From positions 68,078,001 through 68,142,000 of the forward strand of contig NW_024704743.1 in assembly GCF_018977255.1 (NCBI RefSeq): a stretch of 64,000 nt of DNA. Direction: 5' to 3'. Both the position numbers and the translations under genes were made by a program. Positions 23,737 to 37,016 of this stretch are shown one piece after another. Numbering within the stretch: the stretch's first letter is position 1; every line of letters starts with the position of its first letter. The DNA comes from Callorhinchus milii (lineage: Eukaryota). The notes beneath the pieces are model-generated. The model was not told the DNA's origin. It saw only the letters and a list, made by a program, of their open reading frames with translations, and did no database searches.

Positions 23737-25074
23737 AGTAAAATCCTGTGAAGCTCCTTGAGACGTCTCGTTCGAGACATCTCGGCGACTTGATAAGGCA
23801 TTCTATCAAATGAGAGGATTATTGTAATTATATTATTATTACAATAATAACCATAAATAATTGAATGCCAACAATTAATTCTAAAGCTGCCCAAAGATTG
23901 ATGACCTGGCCAACAACCTTCCAGATAAAATTGGGCATTCACTTTATGGCTATTTGTAGGACATTGCTGTGTGCAAATTGGCTGCTGCTACAGTAACTAC
24001 ACTTTACACTAAAAATCCTTTGAAGCACTTTGTGATGTATCAATAACATGCTGTATCAAAATTTGTTCACAATTTATAAGCATTTGGATTTATTTAACTA
24101 TTGAGTTTCTCAAAAATTCTCAAAAATATGCAGGGTTGCAAAATCGAAAAACCTTCATTCAAAACCTGGTTCCAGACTGCAGCAGAAGCTGATGATCTTT
24201 GATATCAATATTCTTCAGTTTGAGCAATGTTTTCATTAAACCATACAGCTTTTAGTATACGTGCAGATGGGTTGGGATGGAGTAGCTGGTAGCATTTGGT
24301 CATGATGATGCACGTGGAATGAGAATAAGGAAGATAGCAGGATATGTTATTTGTTTGCGTCATTGTCCTGGTCAGACCTGTTGACTTAATTGGACACATT
24401 TGATACATGTGTGCACATGCATATTTATGTGGCTGTTAAAGTTAATTTCACAAAGAGGTACATCCTCACCACTTCTCCTGAGTGGCTTTCTCACAGTGCT
24501 TCACATCTCCACTCTTCCTGTATATCCATTAGAGCCCAGTATTTCATGGTTAATTGATCTCCTATTTTTGCCTCTAAGTGCATGGATTGGAGAGGCATTT
24601 TTGATTTCCTCCAAAAGCTGTGACAACAGAAAGAAATCTAATCTCTTCAACTCTCTCCCTAAATCTCGTCACCTCGCCCCTTCCCTCTCTGATATTAAAA
24701 CCCGTCTAAACATCCATCTCTTTGACTACATCATACAACCATCTGGCTCCTCCACACACCTTCCATCTCCCACCCTGCTCAAGCTCCCACTCTGTTAAGA
24801 TGTTTTCTTAAGTGGAAGTCACTACACATATAAATGCTGGTTCTTGTTTTGAATTCTGCCTTGTTACTTTACCCCAAATAAAAACATAGTGAACCTTGTT
24901 CTCTTTGAACTGTGTAATTTATTTTTGTGACTTTTATATTTGCATTGAAGGAATGAAGAGATGTTTCTCGGGAAGCTTCTGATTCTTCACGAAGCTCAAG
25001 AAGAATGTACAAGCACACGTGCTTATAAACCCTATCCTTCAGAGTCTTGATGAAATTCATGCCATTGTCAACAA

Positions 25075-25375
25075 TAATAATAACAACTTAACTTGCATTT
25101 ATGTAGTGCACTTCACTGAAGATAAAACCTCAGAATGCTTCACAGTGGCAGCGTTGAATGGCATACAAGGGAAAAAGGGGAGGTGACCACAGACAGAGTG
25201 GAAGAAATAGAATTTTCGGTGAGATTTGAAGACGGTAGAGAGGGGCAAGGCAGAGGGCTAGAGGTAAGAAGTTGCAGAGATTCAGGGTACAGTGACTGAA
25301 GGCTCAGCCAACAATGATGGCATGGAGTGGGTGGGGGATGCACAGCGGGCCCGTGTTAGTTGAGCAGAGGAGCAG
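25075..25375 (-). mobile_element. Old L2 3' end
   Basis: aacttgcatttatgtagtgc tail and ...gactgaaggctcagccaacaatg ORF2 terminus. Confidence 0.6.
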
Positions 25376-25642
25376 GCTCAGTCACCATTCCCAGTGAATA
25401 CCCAGTGATTAATGGCTGAGTAGGGATAGGGAATTCCAAGGCACATTTTGCATAGAAGGAGGAGAAAAATGTATTAAGTGTTGTGATAATTATCATCATG
25501 ATAATTATAATATATAGCACATTTTTTTACACAATTGCCCTGAGTCAAAAATACCCAAAGATGATATATCTCAAATGGAATATGTTGAGCTACCATAGCT
25601 TACATTGTTGCTTCTGCTGGGGTTGTGCAAATTGTTACTTCT

Positions 25643-26485
25643 ATAATAATAATAATTATAATAATCCTTGCATTTGATATTGTGCCTTATCACATCTTTG
25701 AGAAGTCTCAAAGCGCTTCACAGAATATACTGTAAAGTGAATTGATTGTATATTTTGTAGGCGAAATGCAGCAGCCAATTGTGCACAGCAGTGTCCCACA
25801 AACAGTCGTGGATTGAGTGACCAAATTATAATTTTTTTGGAAGGGATTATTACACTCAGAAAAGCGATCAACCCATCAACTAACAACCAAATTCCTACTT
25901 ACTACTAGGTAAACAGAGGCATGTGAAGTAAGGAAGCTTGCTTAATGTTTCACCCTGCCTGGGAATCAAACCCAAGTCCTCTCGCTTATAATAATAATAA
26001 TAATCCTTGCATTTGATATAGCGCTTTTCACGTCGGGAGGACGTCCCAAAGCGCTTCACAGAACACACTGTAAAGTGAATTGACTGTATATTTATCGGTG
26101 AAATGCGGCAGCCAATTGCGCACAGCAGTGTCCCACGAACAGTCGTGGATTGAAGTGATCAATTTATTATTACAAAAAAAACAATAATAAATTGGTCATT
26201 TTCAATCTACGACTGTTTGTGGGACACTGCTGTGTGCAATTGGCTGCCGCGTTCGCCCACAAATATACAGTCAATTCACTTTACAGTATATTCTGTGAAG
26301 CGCTTTGGGATGTCTAGAAGACGTGAAAAGCGCTATATCAAATGCAAGGATTATTATTATTATTATTATGGTTTTTTTTTCTTGAGGGATTATTATTAGG
26401 CATGTGGAGTAAGGAAACTTGCCGAAGGTTTCGCCCTTTTTAAGCTTGCGAGGTGAGTGCACTAACCACTGAGCTACAGGACTCC
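25643..26485 (-). mobile_element. Triple-nested SINE cluster: long-subfamily SINE (-) containing a short SINE (-, 25988-26443) that contains a SINE 3' part (+, 26173-26369)
   Basis: The outer head is split with gctt duplicated (25984-25987 and 26444-26447); the inner pieces match the SINE copies elsewhere in the window. Confidence 0.85.
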
Positions 26486-26994
26486 AGGACTAGCAAGCTA
26501 TAGGACTTCTCAGGTTTTGCAAGATGCTGATAATCTATCATAAAACCACCACCGAAGAATGTCTCCAGATCAGCAAATTACCCATCACTCTGTCTACGTG
26601 GATGGCAGCACTACATCAAGTGGCTTATCTCCTTTCTCTATTCTGTTAGCTTGTAGCATGCGGCTCTGTCAGCAATATTTTAAGCAGTCAGCAGCCAGAA
26701 GCAAAGGCATCAACCCATGTTGCACCCGTAGTGAGGAGAACTCCATCCGGCTCGTTTATTTTGCAGGTATCATCAGGCAGGAGGGAAGGAGGCAGAATTT
26801 AGGACTCGAGTTGTAAGTTCAAACGTTCTCCTCAGTAGTTGGTCGATTGGCGGATCGTTTTCTGGAGGTAATAATTCCCCCCACCCCAAAACAAAAATTT
26901 GGTCACTCAATCCACGACTGATTATGTGACATTGTTAAGCGCAATTGGCTGCCGTATTTTGCCCACAGAATACACAGTCACACCACTTTGCAGT

Positions 26995-27135
26995 GGAGTC
27001 CTGTAGCTCAGTGGTTAGAGCACTCACTTTGCAAGTTAGAAACCTGGGTTCAATTCCAGGCAGGGCGAAACCTTGGGCAAGTTTCCTTACCCCACACGCC
27101 TAATAATAATCCCTCCAAAAAAACAAAACTAAATT
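26995..27135 (+). mobile_element. SINE 5' part (3'-truncated), preceded by an older SINE body from ~26840
   Basis: ggagtcctgtagctcagtggttagagcac...ccctccaaaa. Confidence 0.88.
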
Positions 27136-27999
27136 TGGATCCAGTGACATTTTGTTCATGTGTGTATCACACTGTTCATCACAATGACTGCACTTCCGCT
27201 TCTTGCTCATGGATGTAAATTCAAACTGCTTGAATCTACATTAACATTTTAAGCTGTCAGCAGCACAGTTAGGGAAATGAAAATTGACTCTAGTAAAAGT
27301 GATTTTATTCCAACTTCATTAACAGTGTTTTGGCTTTACTTTTACGATGCTGAATCAGGGATATGAAACACTAAATGTTCTGACTTTTGTAACTATTCTG
27401 CTGAAGCCTCTGTGATGCAATTCAATGACAAGTAATTTGGCGCTGTTGCTGGACTGTAATTGGTTATTTTTAATTAGGTTTGTTTGGGGGGTAAAGAATG
27501 CCGTATATTTTTACCCTGAAGATAGCTAATGTGCTTTCAGCTACTGACACATATGCTAATCCTGTGTCTACCTAAAGCCAGGAATTTTTATCGGTGAAGG
27601 GAAAAGATGGAAGTGTATTTTACGAATTCGAAACCCAGCAAGAGTCAGTCGGCAGACAGCCGCTAGATAACACATAATCCCAAAATGAAACAGTTGTGCT
27701 TAATGAATGTTGATAAAGCAGGCTACAGAGCAATTTGTTGCACCCACTCTATGTAATGTCAATCCCTTCAGAACTTGAAAAAAATACTATTTGTCTTATT
27801 TCACAGTATTGTTGATCAGGACACAGTTGATTTTGTAGAAGTTATATGTATTGATACCACAACATGACTCGTATCTTCATGGTCTTAAATTTTAAGAAAA
27901 TAGGCAGCGATGATGTAATGCTGGGTGGGTCAACGCAATTTCATCAGCCCCCTTCCCTCCATTTCATCTACCTCACCCGCTTCATCCATAACCCGTAAA

Positions 28000-28245
28000 T
28001 GTTACATAGATACGTAAACATAGAAACAGGGGTAGGCCATTCAGCCCTCGAGCCTGTTCCGCCATTTTAAAGATCATGGCGATCTGTACCTTAAGTCCAG
28101 TTACCCGCCCTTACCCCATATCCCTTAATATGACCTAACAAATATTTACCTCTATCTACCTTCATCTTGAAAATGTGAATGGATCCAGCATCCACAGCCT
28201 TTTAGGGAAGATAGTTCCAGATTTCCACTACCCTTTGGGTGAAAC
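28000..28245 (-). mobile_element. CR1 LINE 3' end
   Basis: acatagaaacaggggtaggccattcagccc...; a similar copy lies at ~59090-59210. Confidence 0.75.
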
Positions 28246-28349
28246 CTAAATTAGGTGATGTTCTGGAAGGGAAACACAAAAATATTGCGTATAGGGCCTG
28301 CAGACGTTTCTCAAATAGGGCATCCGGCCCTCAGCAGCCAAGAGGTTGG

Positions 28350-28740
28350 ACCACCCTGGTGTAAAGGATAGAGCTTAATCTTGTGGTCCAGGAGCTCACC
28401 AGTTCAAATCTCAGTCCATGCTTAGTTTGCTCACCTTAGCTGCGGTACCATGGGGAGGTAAGATTTGGTCCCTGCCTTCCCAGTGCTTTTGGTTCTCTCT
28501 TCAACATCCACTAAAGGTTGTACATATGTGTGCCAGCTGGGTGGGGAGAAGTCAGGCACGGCTATTATTCCCTCGACAAGTTAGCGGCCGATTGACACTC
28601 ACTGCCAAAGATCGCACATGAACAATGGCCAGTTAGCCCATACTGGAAGGCAACCAGCGATCATGGAACCACACTCCAGCAAGAGAAAGCTAGACCAGGA
28701 GCAAAGAGGCATATCTCAGTGGAGAGAAAATAATTTGGAA
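28350..28740 (+). mobile_element. Ancient SINE-like dispersed repeat
   Basis: B-box-like gttcaaatc and body (gacactcactg...cacatgaacaatggcca); weakly similar pieces at ~31700-31830, 56330-56560, 59460-59670 and 62750-63050. Confidence 0.45.
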
Positions 28741-29204
28741 AAATAATTAGACACAGTAATTTTTTAAAAAATGCTTTTGAGCCTAAAACCAGCCAAAGGC
28801 ACAGATTACTTTTCTATTAACAAAATGGAAAAAGTGAACATGGCATCAAGTTAGGCTGTGATACTATACAACCAACGAGCCCATTTATTATTGCTATTTC
28901 CGTGCCAGGAAAAGTTCTTGCATGAAATTAAGTGGACCCCAAAAAATAAAAATTAATTACATTTTTGCATTTAATATTGCAGAATAGATGAGCAATTCTT
29001 AGCAAGTGCATGGAAATGTAGGGCTAAGAACCAAGAGTCTGGCGTGTTGCCTGAAAATACAGTGGTTGCAAATGAAAATGAGTACAGAGTATCTCAGCTG
29101 ACAAATGAAGAATACTAATGCTGGTAGACAACAAAGTTTGTCTTCAGAAAAGTAGGGGAGAAGAGCAAAGAAGAAAGAGGAGGTTTGACAGATATTGAGC
29201 AATG

Positions 29205-30060
29205 ACTGAGACATCAAGTCCTGGATGAGAACTAACTTTCTACAGCTGAACGTCAACAAGACCAAGGTCCTCCTGATTGGCTCCCATCAGCACCTCCATA
29301 TCTCAGGCACTGACTTCATCACCATCCATGGATGCACACTCCATCTCACTGAGCCAGTCCCGAACCTTGGCATCTTGTTTGACCCTCAAGTGCCCTTTCT
29401 TTCCCACATGCGTTTCATGACCCGCTCTGCTTTACCCCACCTCCGCAACATCACTCAGCTCCGCCACTGCCTCATCCTTCAGGCCGCCAAAACCTTCATC
29501 CACGCATTCATCACATCACGGCTTGACTATGCCAGGCTTGTCGGCCTTCCCAACTCTTCCTTCCACAAGCTGCAGATCATCCAGAATGTTGCAGATCCTG
29601 TGCTCTCTCGCACCAGGCTCAGTGACCCTATTACCCCCACCCTCCCCCGGCTCCATTGACTCCCCATCCCTCAGAAGATAAAGATCAAAATCCTCGTCTT
29701 CGCCTTCAAGGCCCTCCAGGACCTTGCCCCTCCCTATCTCTGTGACATGTTGACCCTATATCAACCCGTTCACCCCCTCCACTCAGCATGTTCTGTCCTG
29801 CTCCATGTCCCCTGCCCGGCCCACTCCACCACCGGCGGCCAGGCTTTCAGCTTTCCTGCCCCCACCCAATGGAACTCTATCCCACATTCCCTTCACTTTA
29901 CACCATCCCTTGCTTCCTTCAAGGCGTGTCTCAAAACTTTCCTCTTCAACCGAGCCTTCGGCCACCCTCCTGCCTCTACCCTCCCCAATCCCGATCCACA
30001 GCTCGGGTTCAAATCCCTGACTGTCCAGCACCTTGGGACATCCTCCCAATGTGTAATCTG
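29205..30060 (+). mobile_element. L2 family A 3' portion
   Basis: ORF 29225-29659 (NFLQLNVNKT, FIHAFITSRLDY), 3' UTR and tail. Confidence 0.93.
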
Positions 30061-32486
30061 TATTGTATTTTAATGATCAACACAAGTGTGTTTTAAAAGT
30101 TAGTCCAGTGGAGTGTGAACGTTTATTGCATCAACCTCCTGTCAGATTATGTTTCACTGACATTCCTAGACTCAGTCCGATTGTCAATGATACCAGTTTC
30201 AAAGCTAACTTCATCCTTCATTCTACTGCCAATATAATCTATTACTAACTATTGTATTGATTTTGCATTCTTCAAGGGTGAAATTAATTCTTTGAATCAT
30301 AACAGCTGTATTAACCAGAAAAATGGGCAAAACTCTCAAAAGTCCTCTAGAAGGATGAATAGTGCCGGAATTTGTTTAAAAAGTATTCAGAGTCCAAGCA
30401 TGACCAGAATACATGAATACATGAATATTGCCAACTGACTACAGTAAAATTCACTTTACAAACATATATATATACACAATTGTATTTTTTTCAGTATTTG
30501 CATTGGATTCATGAGGAGAATTTGTGATATTCCTAAACTAATTTGGTTCATAACTTCAAGCCGTTCCTTAACAGTCAAAACTTGTGATCAAATCTTTCTT
30601 TTAACTATCGACACTATCCCTGACTTCAGCAAGATACTTTAGTCCAAAGTCACTTTTAGATAATGTCCCCGCTATTACCTTGGAACCTGGTTCAGTGGTG
30701 GTTGGTCCCAAATACTTTTTGATGATCCCGGAGGCAGCTTTAGAGTGCAGCTTCACAGGGTTGAGTTATGATGCTATCATATTTTTAGCTGCACAGGAAC
30801 AATGCCCTCTTCTACTTTGACCTCCGTTCTCATATGAAAGTCAAGCAAAGAATATTCTGGCGATCAGACTTGTGGCAGGTTTTTAGACTTCACCTGAGAT
30901 TCACAATGCACCATTTTGTAAATCTCACCATCCTATATCTGCAAACCAAAAGTCACAACCAGCGATTTATATCTGGTTCACATATATCATAATTTAGATC
31001 TTATGCTCTGAGTTAAATAATCTGTATCACCTGTTCTCCCCCATTGGTTTAATGATCTATTCATGCCCCTCTTAATCTCTTTTCCCAGTGAAAATGTTTA
31101 ATTTTGTGAGTCTCTCTTCATAGTCCTAAACCCAAGAATCATTCTCAGTGGTCTCCTCTGGACTTTCTTTATTGCATAAAGAACCTTACAATCACTCTTA
31201 CTGTACCTGATCTGAATTATTCTTCAGTTCTGCTGAACCTTTAAACAATACATTAGGCAGAGATAATAAAATAGATCAGGAGATGGCAAATGTGTTCAAT
31301 CGTTTTTTTTTACACACTGGGAAGAATCATCCCAGGTTTTTGCTCCAGAGATTGTTATCCAAAATTCCTTCTGAAAGGTGTGCGTAGATGGACTTTAATA
31401 CTACTAATAAAAATAATCCTTGCATTTGATATAGCACCGTATCACATTGTTCAGACGTCTCAATATATTGTAAAGTGCATTACCTGTGTATTTTGTGGGC
31501 AAAAGGTGGGTCGATTGCATATAGCAGTATCCAACAAACAGTCGTAGATTGAGTTACAATATTATTATAGTTATTATTTTTAAAAATATTACTATTTTAA
31601 GTATTATTAATTCCTGCCATCTTGGTTGCGAATGATATGTCAGTTCATGTTCTGAATATTAATTAATGATAAACAATATTAATTAATTATTGTTTTAGGT
31701 AAGGACAGGAGAAGGTTTGCCCTCTGAAGTCAAATCCCCTGACAATGGTCATTATCAAGCCTTACACATAAAAATAGCCACTCGGGCAAAGCAACTGTAT
31801 AACTGCACCCTAGCAGAAGGAGAAAATTGTTAAATATCACCAATAAGGGGAAAAGGGAAGAGGAGGTGAAAGATTAGTGGAGATGAAAGGAGAAGATGAA
31901 AACATCTGGTTTAGCAACAAGGAGAAGAAGTTAATGAAAAGAGAAGTCTCTGCCTGGGGTCTCTGACTAGTAGAGTTGCATAAGGGTCTTGCCTGCTTTG
32001 GCCTTGGGTTCTGCTATTCAAACAATAATATTCATAATGAGTCAGAGTAGAATACTTCTTGTAATATTAAAAGAGGTTTATACCAAACTAAATGCAAGAA
32101 AGTGTATTTCATCCATGACCATCTGGACCAATTGAACAGATAAGCAAAGTGCTGTCAAATGAATTTTAATGTAGATAATGCAAAGTAATGCATATAAAAC
32201 AAGAAATCAAGAACATGTGTCCATTAACAAAGGTAGAGAAGAAAATAGATTTAGGTCTAATTATTGATAATTCACTGAAGGATTCCAAACAGTACAAAGC
32301 TGCTGTCAGTAAAGATATCAAAAACTGGATTAAATCTCAATAGCATTTAACTGTCAATCAAAATAAATTATTCTAACCTTGTATAGATGCCTGGTGAAGC
32401 TGCTTTTGGTATATTGCACGCAGTTTTGGGGAACTCAACTCTCAAAAGGATTTTGAGTTGTTGGAGAAGGTTTAGAAAGGAGCAAG

Positions 32487-33815
32487 ATAATAATTTAATA
32501 ATAATCCTTGCATTTGATATAGCGCTTTTCACATCTTCTAGACGTCTCAAAGCTCTTCACAGAATATACTTTAAAGTGAATTGACTGTATATTTGTGGGC
32601 GAAGCGCGGCAGCCAATTGCACACAAAAACAACAACAAAATTACATTTATAGAGCGCCTTTCATGTCGGGAGGATGTCCCAAAGCGCTGGACAGTCAGGC
32701 GTTGGGACCCGAGCATGGGGTGAGGGAAGGCAGAGAGGTGGGAGGGCGACTGAAGGCACAACCGAAGAGGAGGGTCTTGAGACCGGCCTTGAAGGAGGGA
32801 AGGGAGGAAACGAGGAGAAGGGACTGTGAGATGGAGTTCCAGAGTGCGGGGGCAGAGAGGCTGAAAGCTCGGCCACCGATGGTAGGGCGGGTCGGGCGGG
32901 AGACATGGAGCAGGCCAGAGCTCGCTGAATGGAGGGAGCGGGCAGGTTGGTAGGGAGTCAGCAGGTCAGAGAGGTAGGAGGGGGCAAGGCCATGGATGGC
33001 CTTAAAGGTGAGGACGAGGATCTTCAACTTGATTCTCTGGGGGATGGGGAGCCAGTGAAGTCGGGCGAGTGCGGGAGTGATGAGATCACGCAGCCTGGTG
33101 TGTGAGAGTACATGAGCTGCGGAGTTTTGAATGATCTGCAGCTTGTGAAGGGAACAGTTGGGAAGGCCGATGAGGAGGGAGTTCCCGTAATCGAGCCTTG
33201 ATGTGACAAATGCGTGGGTGAGGGTTTCGGCAGCCTGAGGGGTGAGGCAATGGCGGAGTCCGGCAATGTTGCGGAGATGGTGGTAGGCAGTGCCGGTCAT
33301 GGTGCGGATGTGGGGGAGAAAGGACAGTTCAGGGTCAAACAAGACACCCTGGTTCCTGACTGGCTTAGTGAGGTTGAGTGTGCAGCCGTGGAGGCTGATG
33401 CTGCCAGCGCCTGAGGTGCGGAGGCACTGGCGCGAGCCAATCAGGAGGGCCTCGGTCTTGCTCACATTGAGTTGGAGAAAGTTGTCCCTCGTCCAGGACT
33501 TGATGTTGGGCAGGCAGTCGGGCAGGACGCCAGTAGTCCTGGAGTTGAGGGTGGAGGCAGAGAGATAGAGTTGGGTGTCATCCGCATACATGTGGAAATT
33601 TGCCCCATGTCTGCGGATGACGTCACCAAGGCCAAAACCGTGTCCCACAAATAGTTGTGGATTGAAATGACCAATTTTATTATTATTTTTTTCTTGAGGG
33701 ATTATTATCAGGCGTGTGGAGTAAGGAAACTTGCCCAGGGTTTTGCCCTGCTGGGAATCGAACCCAGGTCGCTCGCTTGCGAGGCAAGTGCTCTAACCAC
33801 TGAGCTACAGAACTC
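32487..33815 (-). mobile_element. tRNA-derived SINE split by an L2 insertion (tail 32487-32625, head 33640-33815)
   Basis: The two halves rejoin at gcagccaattgcacaca | tgtcccacaaa. Confidence 0.9.
32626..33631 (-). mobile_element. Young 5'-truncated L2 family A
   Basis: 317-aa ORF from YADDTQLY to LKTLLF, tail hairpin and (TTG)n. Confidence 0.96.
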
Positions 33816-33985
33816 TCTCTCTCTCTTTCACTCTCTCTCACACTTTCTCTGTCACTCTCTCATATTCTCTCTCTCTCTCTTCCCCACTCTCTCCCCCACT
33901 CTCTCTCTCTCTCTCTTCCCCACTCTCTCCCCCACTCTCTCTCTCTCTCACACACACTCGCTCTCTCTCTCACACTCTCTCTCAT
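33815..33985. repeat. CT-rich simple repeat
   Basis: (ct)n with repeated tccccactc units. Confidence 0.9.
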
Positions 33986-36489
33986 ATAAAGATGGATGAT
34001 TACAGGATTTCAGGGTCCAGTAGGTTACTAAGAGAAGCTCTCAGAGTTGAAATTATTTTTATTGGAAAAAATGATTGATCTTTAAAATGATATGAGGCAT
34101 GGCTAATGTAAAGGTAAGCAAGCTATTTAACTTAGACCAAGAAGGCAGAACTGTAGAGCAGAAGTTTATAATGAAGAAGCCTCAAGAGGGTGATAGCTCT
34201 ACAAAATGTTGGAGGGTCATTCCGTCTGATTTAGTAGAGGAACTCTTAAACAGACTTCCAACAGAAAGAATGGATGCCGCATCTATTAACTCTTTTAAAA
34301 GAAAGTGTTGGCTAAGTACTTGCTTGCAAACAGTATTAGAGAATTTGAAGATAGATGCAGACTGAAATAAACACTCAGAAACAAACACTAGTGCAGATAT
34401 CGGGATGGATGAGTTTCTACTTGATTACCTTTGGGGAATCGGCGAACATGTGTGTAAAATTCCCATTCTTTCTTATGCTCTTATCCTAAATCTCTCAATG
34501 CACATTACCTAAAAAGGTTTGAGAGTTATGGCTGGAGCTATAGATTAGCATAAACAAAACCTAGGAGCAATCCTCTTCATCCTTCACTTGGGAGCAGATA
34601 CAACAACATGAGTAAGGTTGGGCAAGCACACTGCCCTTTCTATCAATTTGGAATGTGACTAAGACAAGGTACAGACACTTTATGGCTGACAGAAGGAAGT
34701 TCTCTTCATTTCAGTGGGAAATTGCACGGGTGGCTTCATTAAGACAGCCATATCCATTCTAGTATTTGAAATTGATCATTATCCCATCTGGGCAGTATGA
34801 GTACATGCCAGCGGTAAAAATAAAATAAGTTGCATAAGTAGCTAAAAATCTAATGAAGCACTATGAAGTTATTGCAAGTCAGCATTAATGAAATGAATTG
34901 GCAATGCTATAATATAAATCCCCCTGTTTCTCGTGCAGGACTTGAAGGATTACAAACTGCAATGACATTTTAGGTAACTATGAAATGATGAATGCTGTAG
35001 TACAGAATCAAACTTGTCATTCTTGCTCTTGAACTTATAACATTCCTCCTCAAAGTTTTCAAATGTCAAAATATTTGTTTTAAATTGTTTTACTGCAAAA
35101 GCATGGGCATGATTAGTGTCTTTAAGATTCTGAAAACTGACTTACAACAGGGTTCAAAGACATCGGGGTATATCATGCAGCCTGTGTATATCATGGGTAA
35201 ATGGAATTTATAATGAACATCAATTGTTAAAAAAAATAAGGAGAGCAACATAATTTCTGACTTGGCTCCCAGGGCTATTGGTCTCCAATGAGCAAACTTC
35301 CAACAATGTTCTTGTCTTCCTTCAATTAGATATGATCGAATAAAGGAAGGATATGAATGGCAATGAAGTCAGGTAATTAAGGAAAGAAATGCTGTCTCAT
35401 TTTGAACACATTACTTCTGTTTCACCGAAAAAGTATTTCATTATCGTGGCTTACATTTGCTGATACTTCAATTTATAACAACATTATTGATCAGCCAACA
35501 ATAATTCAGTGTGTTTCAAAACTGGAGTGTGATCAATACAACTAAATTATTAGCCAAGGGTATTGAATAGACAAATTCTGCTTCAGTCATTACCCACTCT
35601 ATTGTAGACTGATTCTTGCTTGGAGCTGAATTCACATAATTGCACAAACTCACTTTACTCCAAACAAAAACAAAACCTAGCTCTGTTGATGATAAATAGT
35701 TGTGAACTACTGTATATGGATTGTGCTAGCATGTGGTCAGCGTGTCAGTGTGGAGTGTTTTATACATTCTCATGATGTAGTCAAAAAAGAAAGCCGCTGT
35801 CATTTTGGAAACTATATAGGAACATTTGATGTTAATGACAGCTCTGATCATCCCTGCTGAGTAACCTTGTGTTCCTCTGCTGGGTCCTTCAGCATTCAAA
35901 CTCTGCCTGCATCTCAGTTCATTTCAGCACTTCCATAGCTTGTATAAATGATCTTCTAAACAACATAACATTTTGTGTTCATGCTTTGAATGAATAAATG
36001 GAAATGAATCATCTGGGTATCGTGCATGACATGAATACTACAGGACTCCTGAACTAAATGTTGTTACCTTATACAATTCTACAGATTAAATAACTTTTTT
36101 TGGTTGCAGTTATAATTCACGTGCTTGCTTCACATGCCACTGCAGTAGTGAATGTGAGCCATAGTGAATAAGGGGATTTATCCCACGGTAATAAAAGCAA
36201 CATAACTCCTAAGATTTACAATGCATGCTGAAGTGGAGGGTATGAGTATAAAATTAACAAGCCTCAAGCAAAGTCTTGAAATTGAAAACATTTTTTCTCT
36301 CTCTTCAGAGTAATCAGAATGTGTGGAACAGACTCTTAGCTAACAATAAATAAACGTTGCATTTGATAATAGCCCCTTATCGCATTTAAACATCTCAAAA
36401 TGTTTTTAGGAAAGTGCAGGAACTGTATATTTGAGGGCAAATAAAACAATTTGTGCATATCAATGTCCCACAAACAGCAGGAGGTAAAT

Positions 36490-36725
36490 GACAACAACAA
36501 TAACTTACATTTATATGAGCACATTTCATGCGGGATAGCATTTAAGAATGCTCAATGTCAAGCAAGGAAGTAGGGGAAGGGGAGGTGACGATAGGTGTGA
36601 TCGAAGAGATGGGTCTTCAGGTGGGATTTAAAGATAGACAAAGAGGAGGTGAGGTGGACGGATTGAGGCAGAGAGTTCCAGAGATTAGGGTTCTTGTGGC
36701 TGAAGTCAAAGCCACCGATGATGAT
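36490..36725 (-). mobile_element. Old L2 3' end
   Basis: NLWNSLPQSVHL...FKSHLKTHLFD and tail. Confidence 0.75.
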
Positions 36726-36839
36726 GATGCACGAAAGCGACGCATCTTCAGCCACTACACTCCCAATCTCTGGAAGCAATTTAACTAGAGGATTGATGAT
36801 TAGGTGACAGGGAGACACTCTTAATATCTCCTTCTCCTC

Positions 36840-37016
36840 TGTATGTTTGTGGCTGTGCCTATGTGTGTCTCTTTCTGTGTCTGTGAGTGTGTGTGAGTGT
36901 CTCTCTGTGTCTGTGAGTGTGTGTCTCTCTGTGTCTGTGTGAGTGTGTGTGTCTCTCTGTGAGTGTGTGTGGGTCTGTCTGTGTGTGTGTGTGTGTGTGT
37001 GTGTATCTCTCTGTGA
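36840..37016. repeat. TG/TC compound microsatellite
   Basis: (tg)n and (tgtgtctctc)n. Confidence 0.9.

Larger units (their letters stand above)
32060..34480 (+). mobile_element. Old CR1 3' portion split by nested SINE/L2 insertions (32487-33985)
   Basis: QMNFNVD-like and DLGLIIDNSLK-like segments before the insertion; QEGRTVEQKF and MDAASINSFKRK after it. Confidence 0.6.

Noticed and set aside
36676..36776. Imperfect ~30-bp inverted repeat
   Set aside because: Both arms are L2 3'-ORF2 sequence; it is an ordinary 5' inversion or an adjacent fragment.
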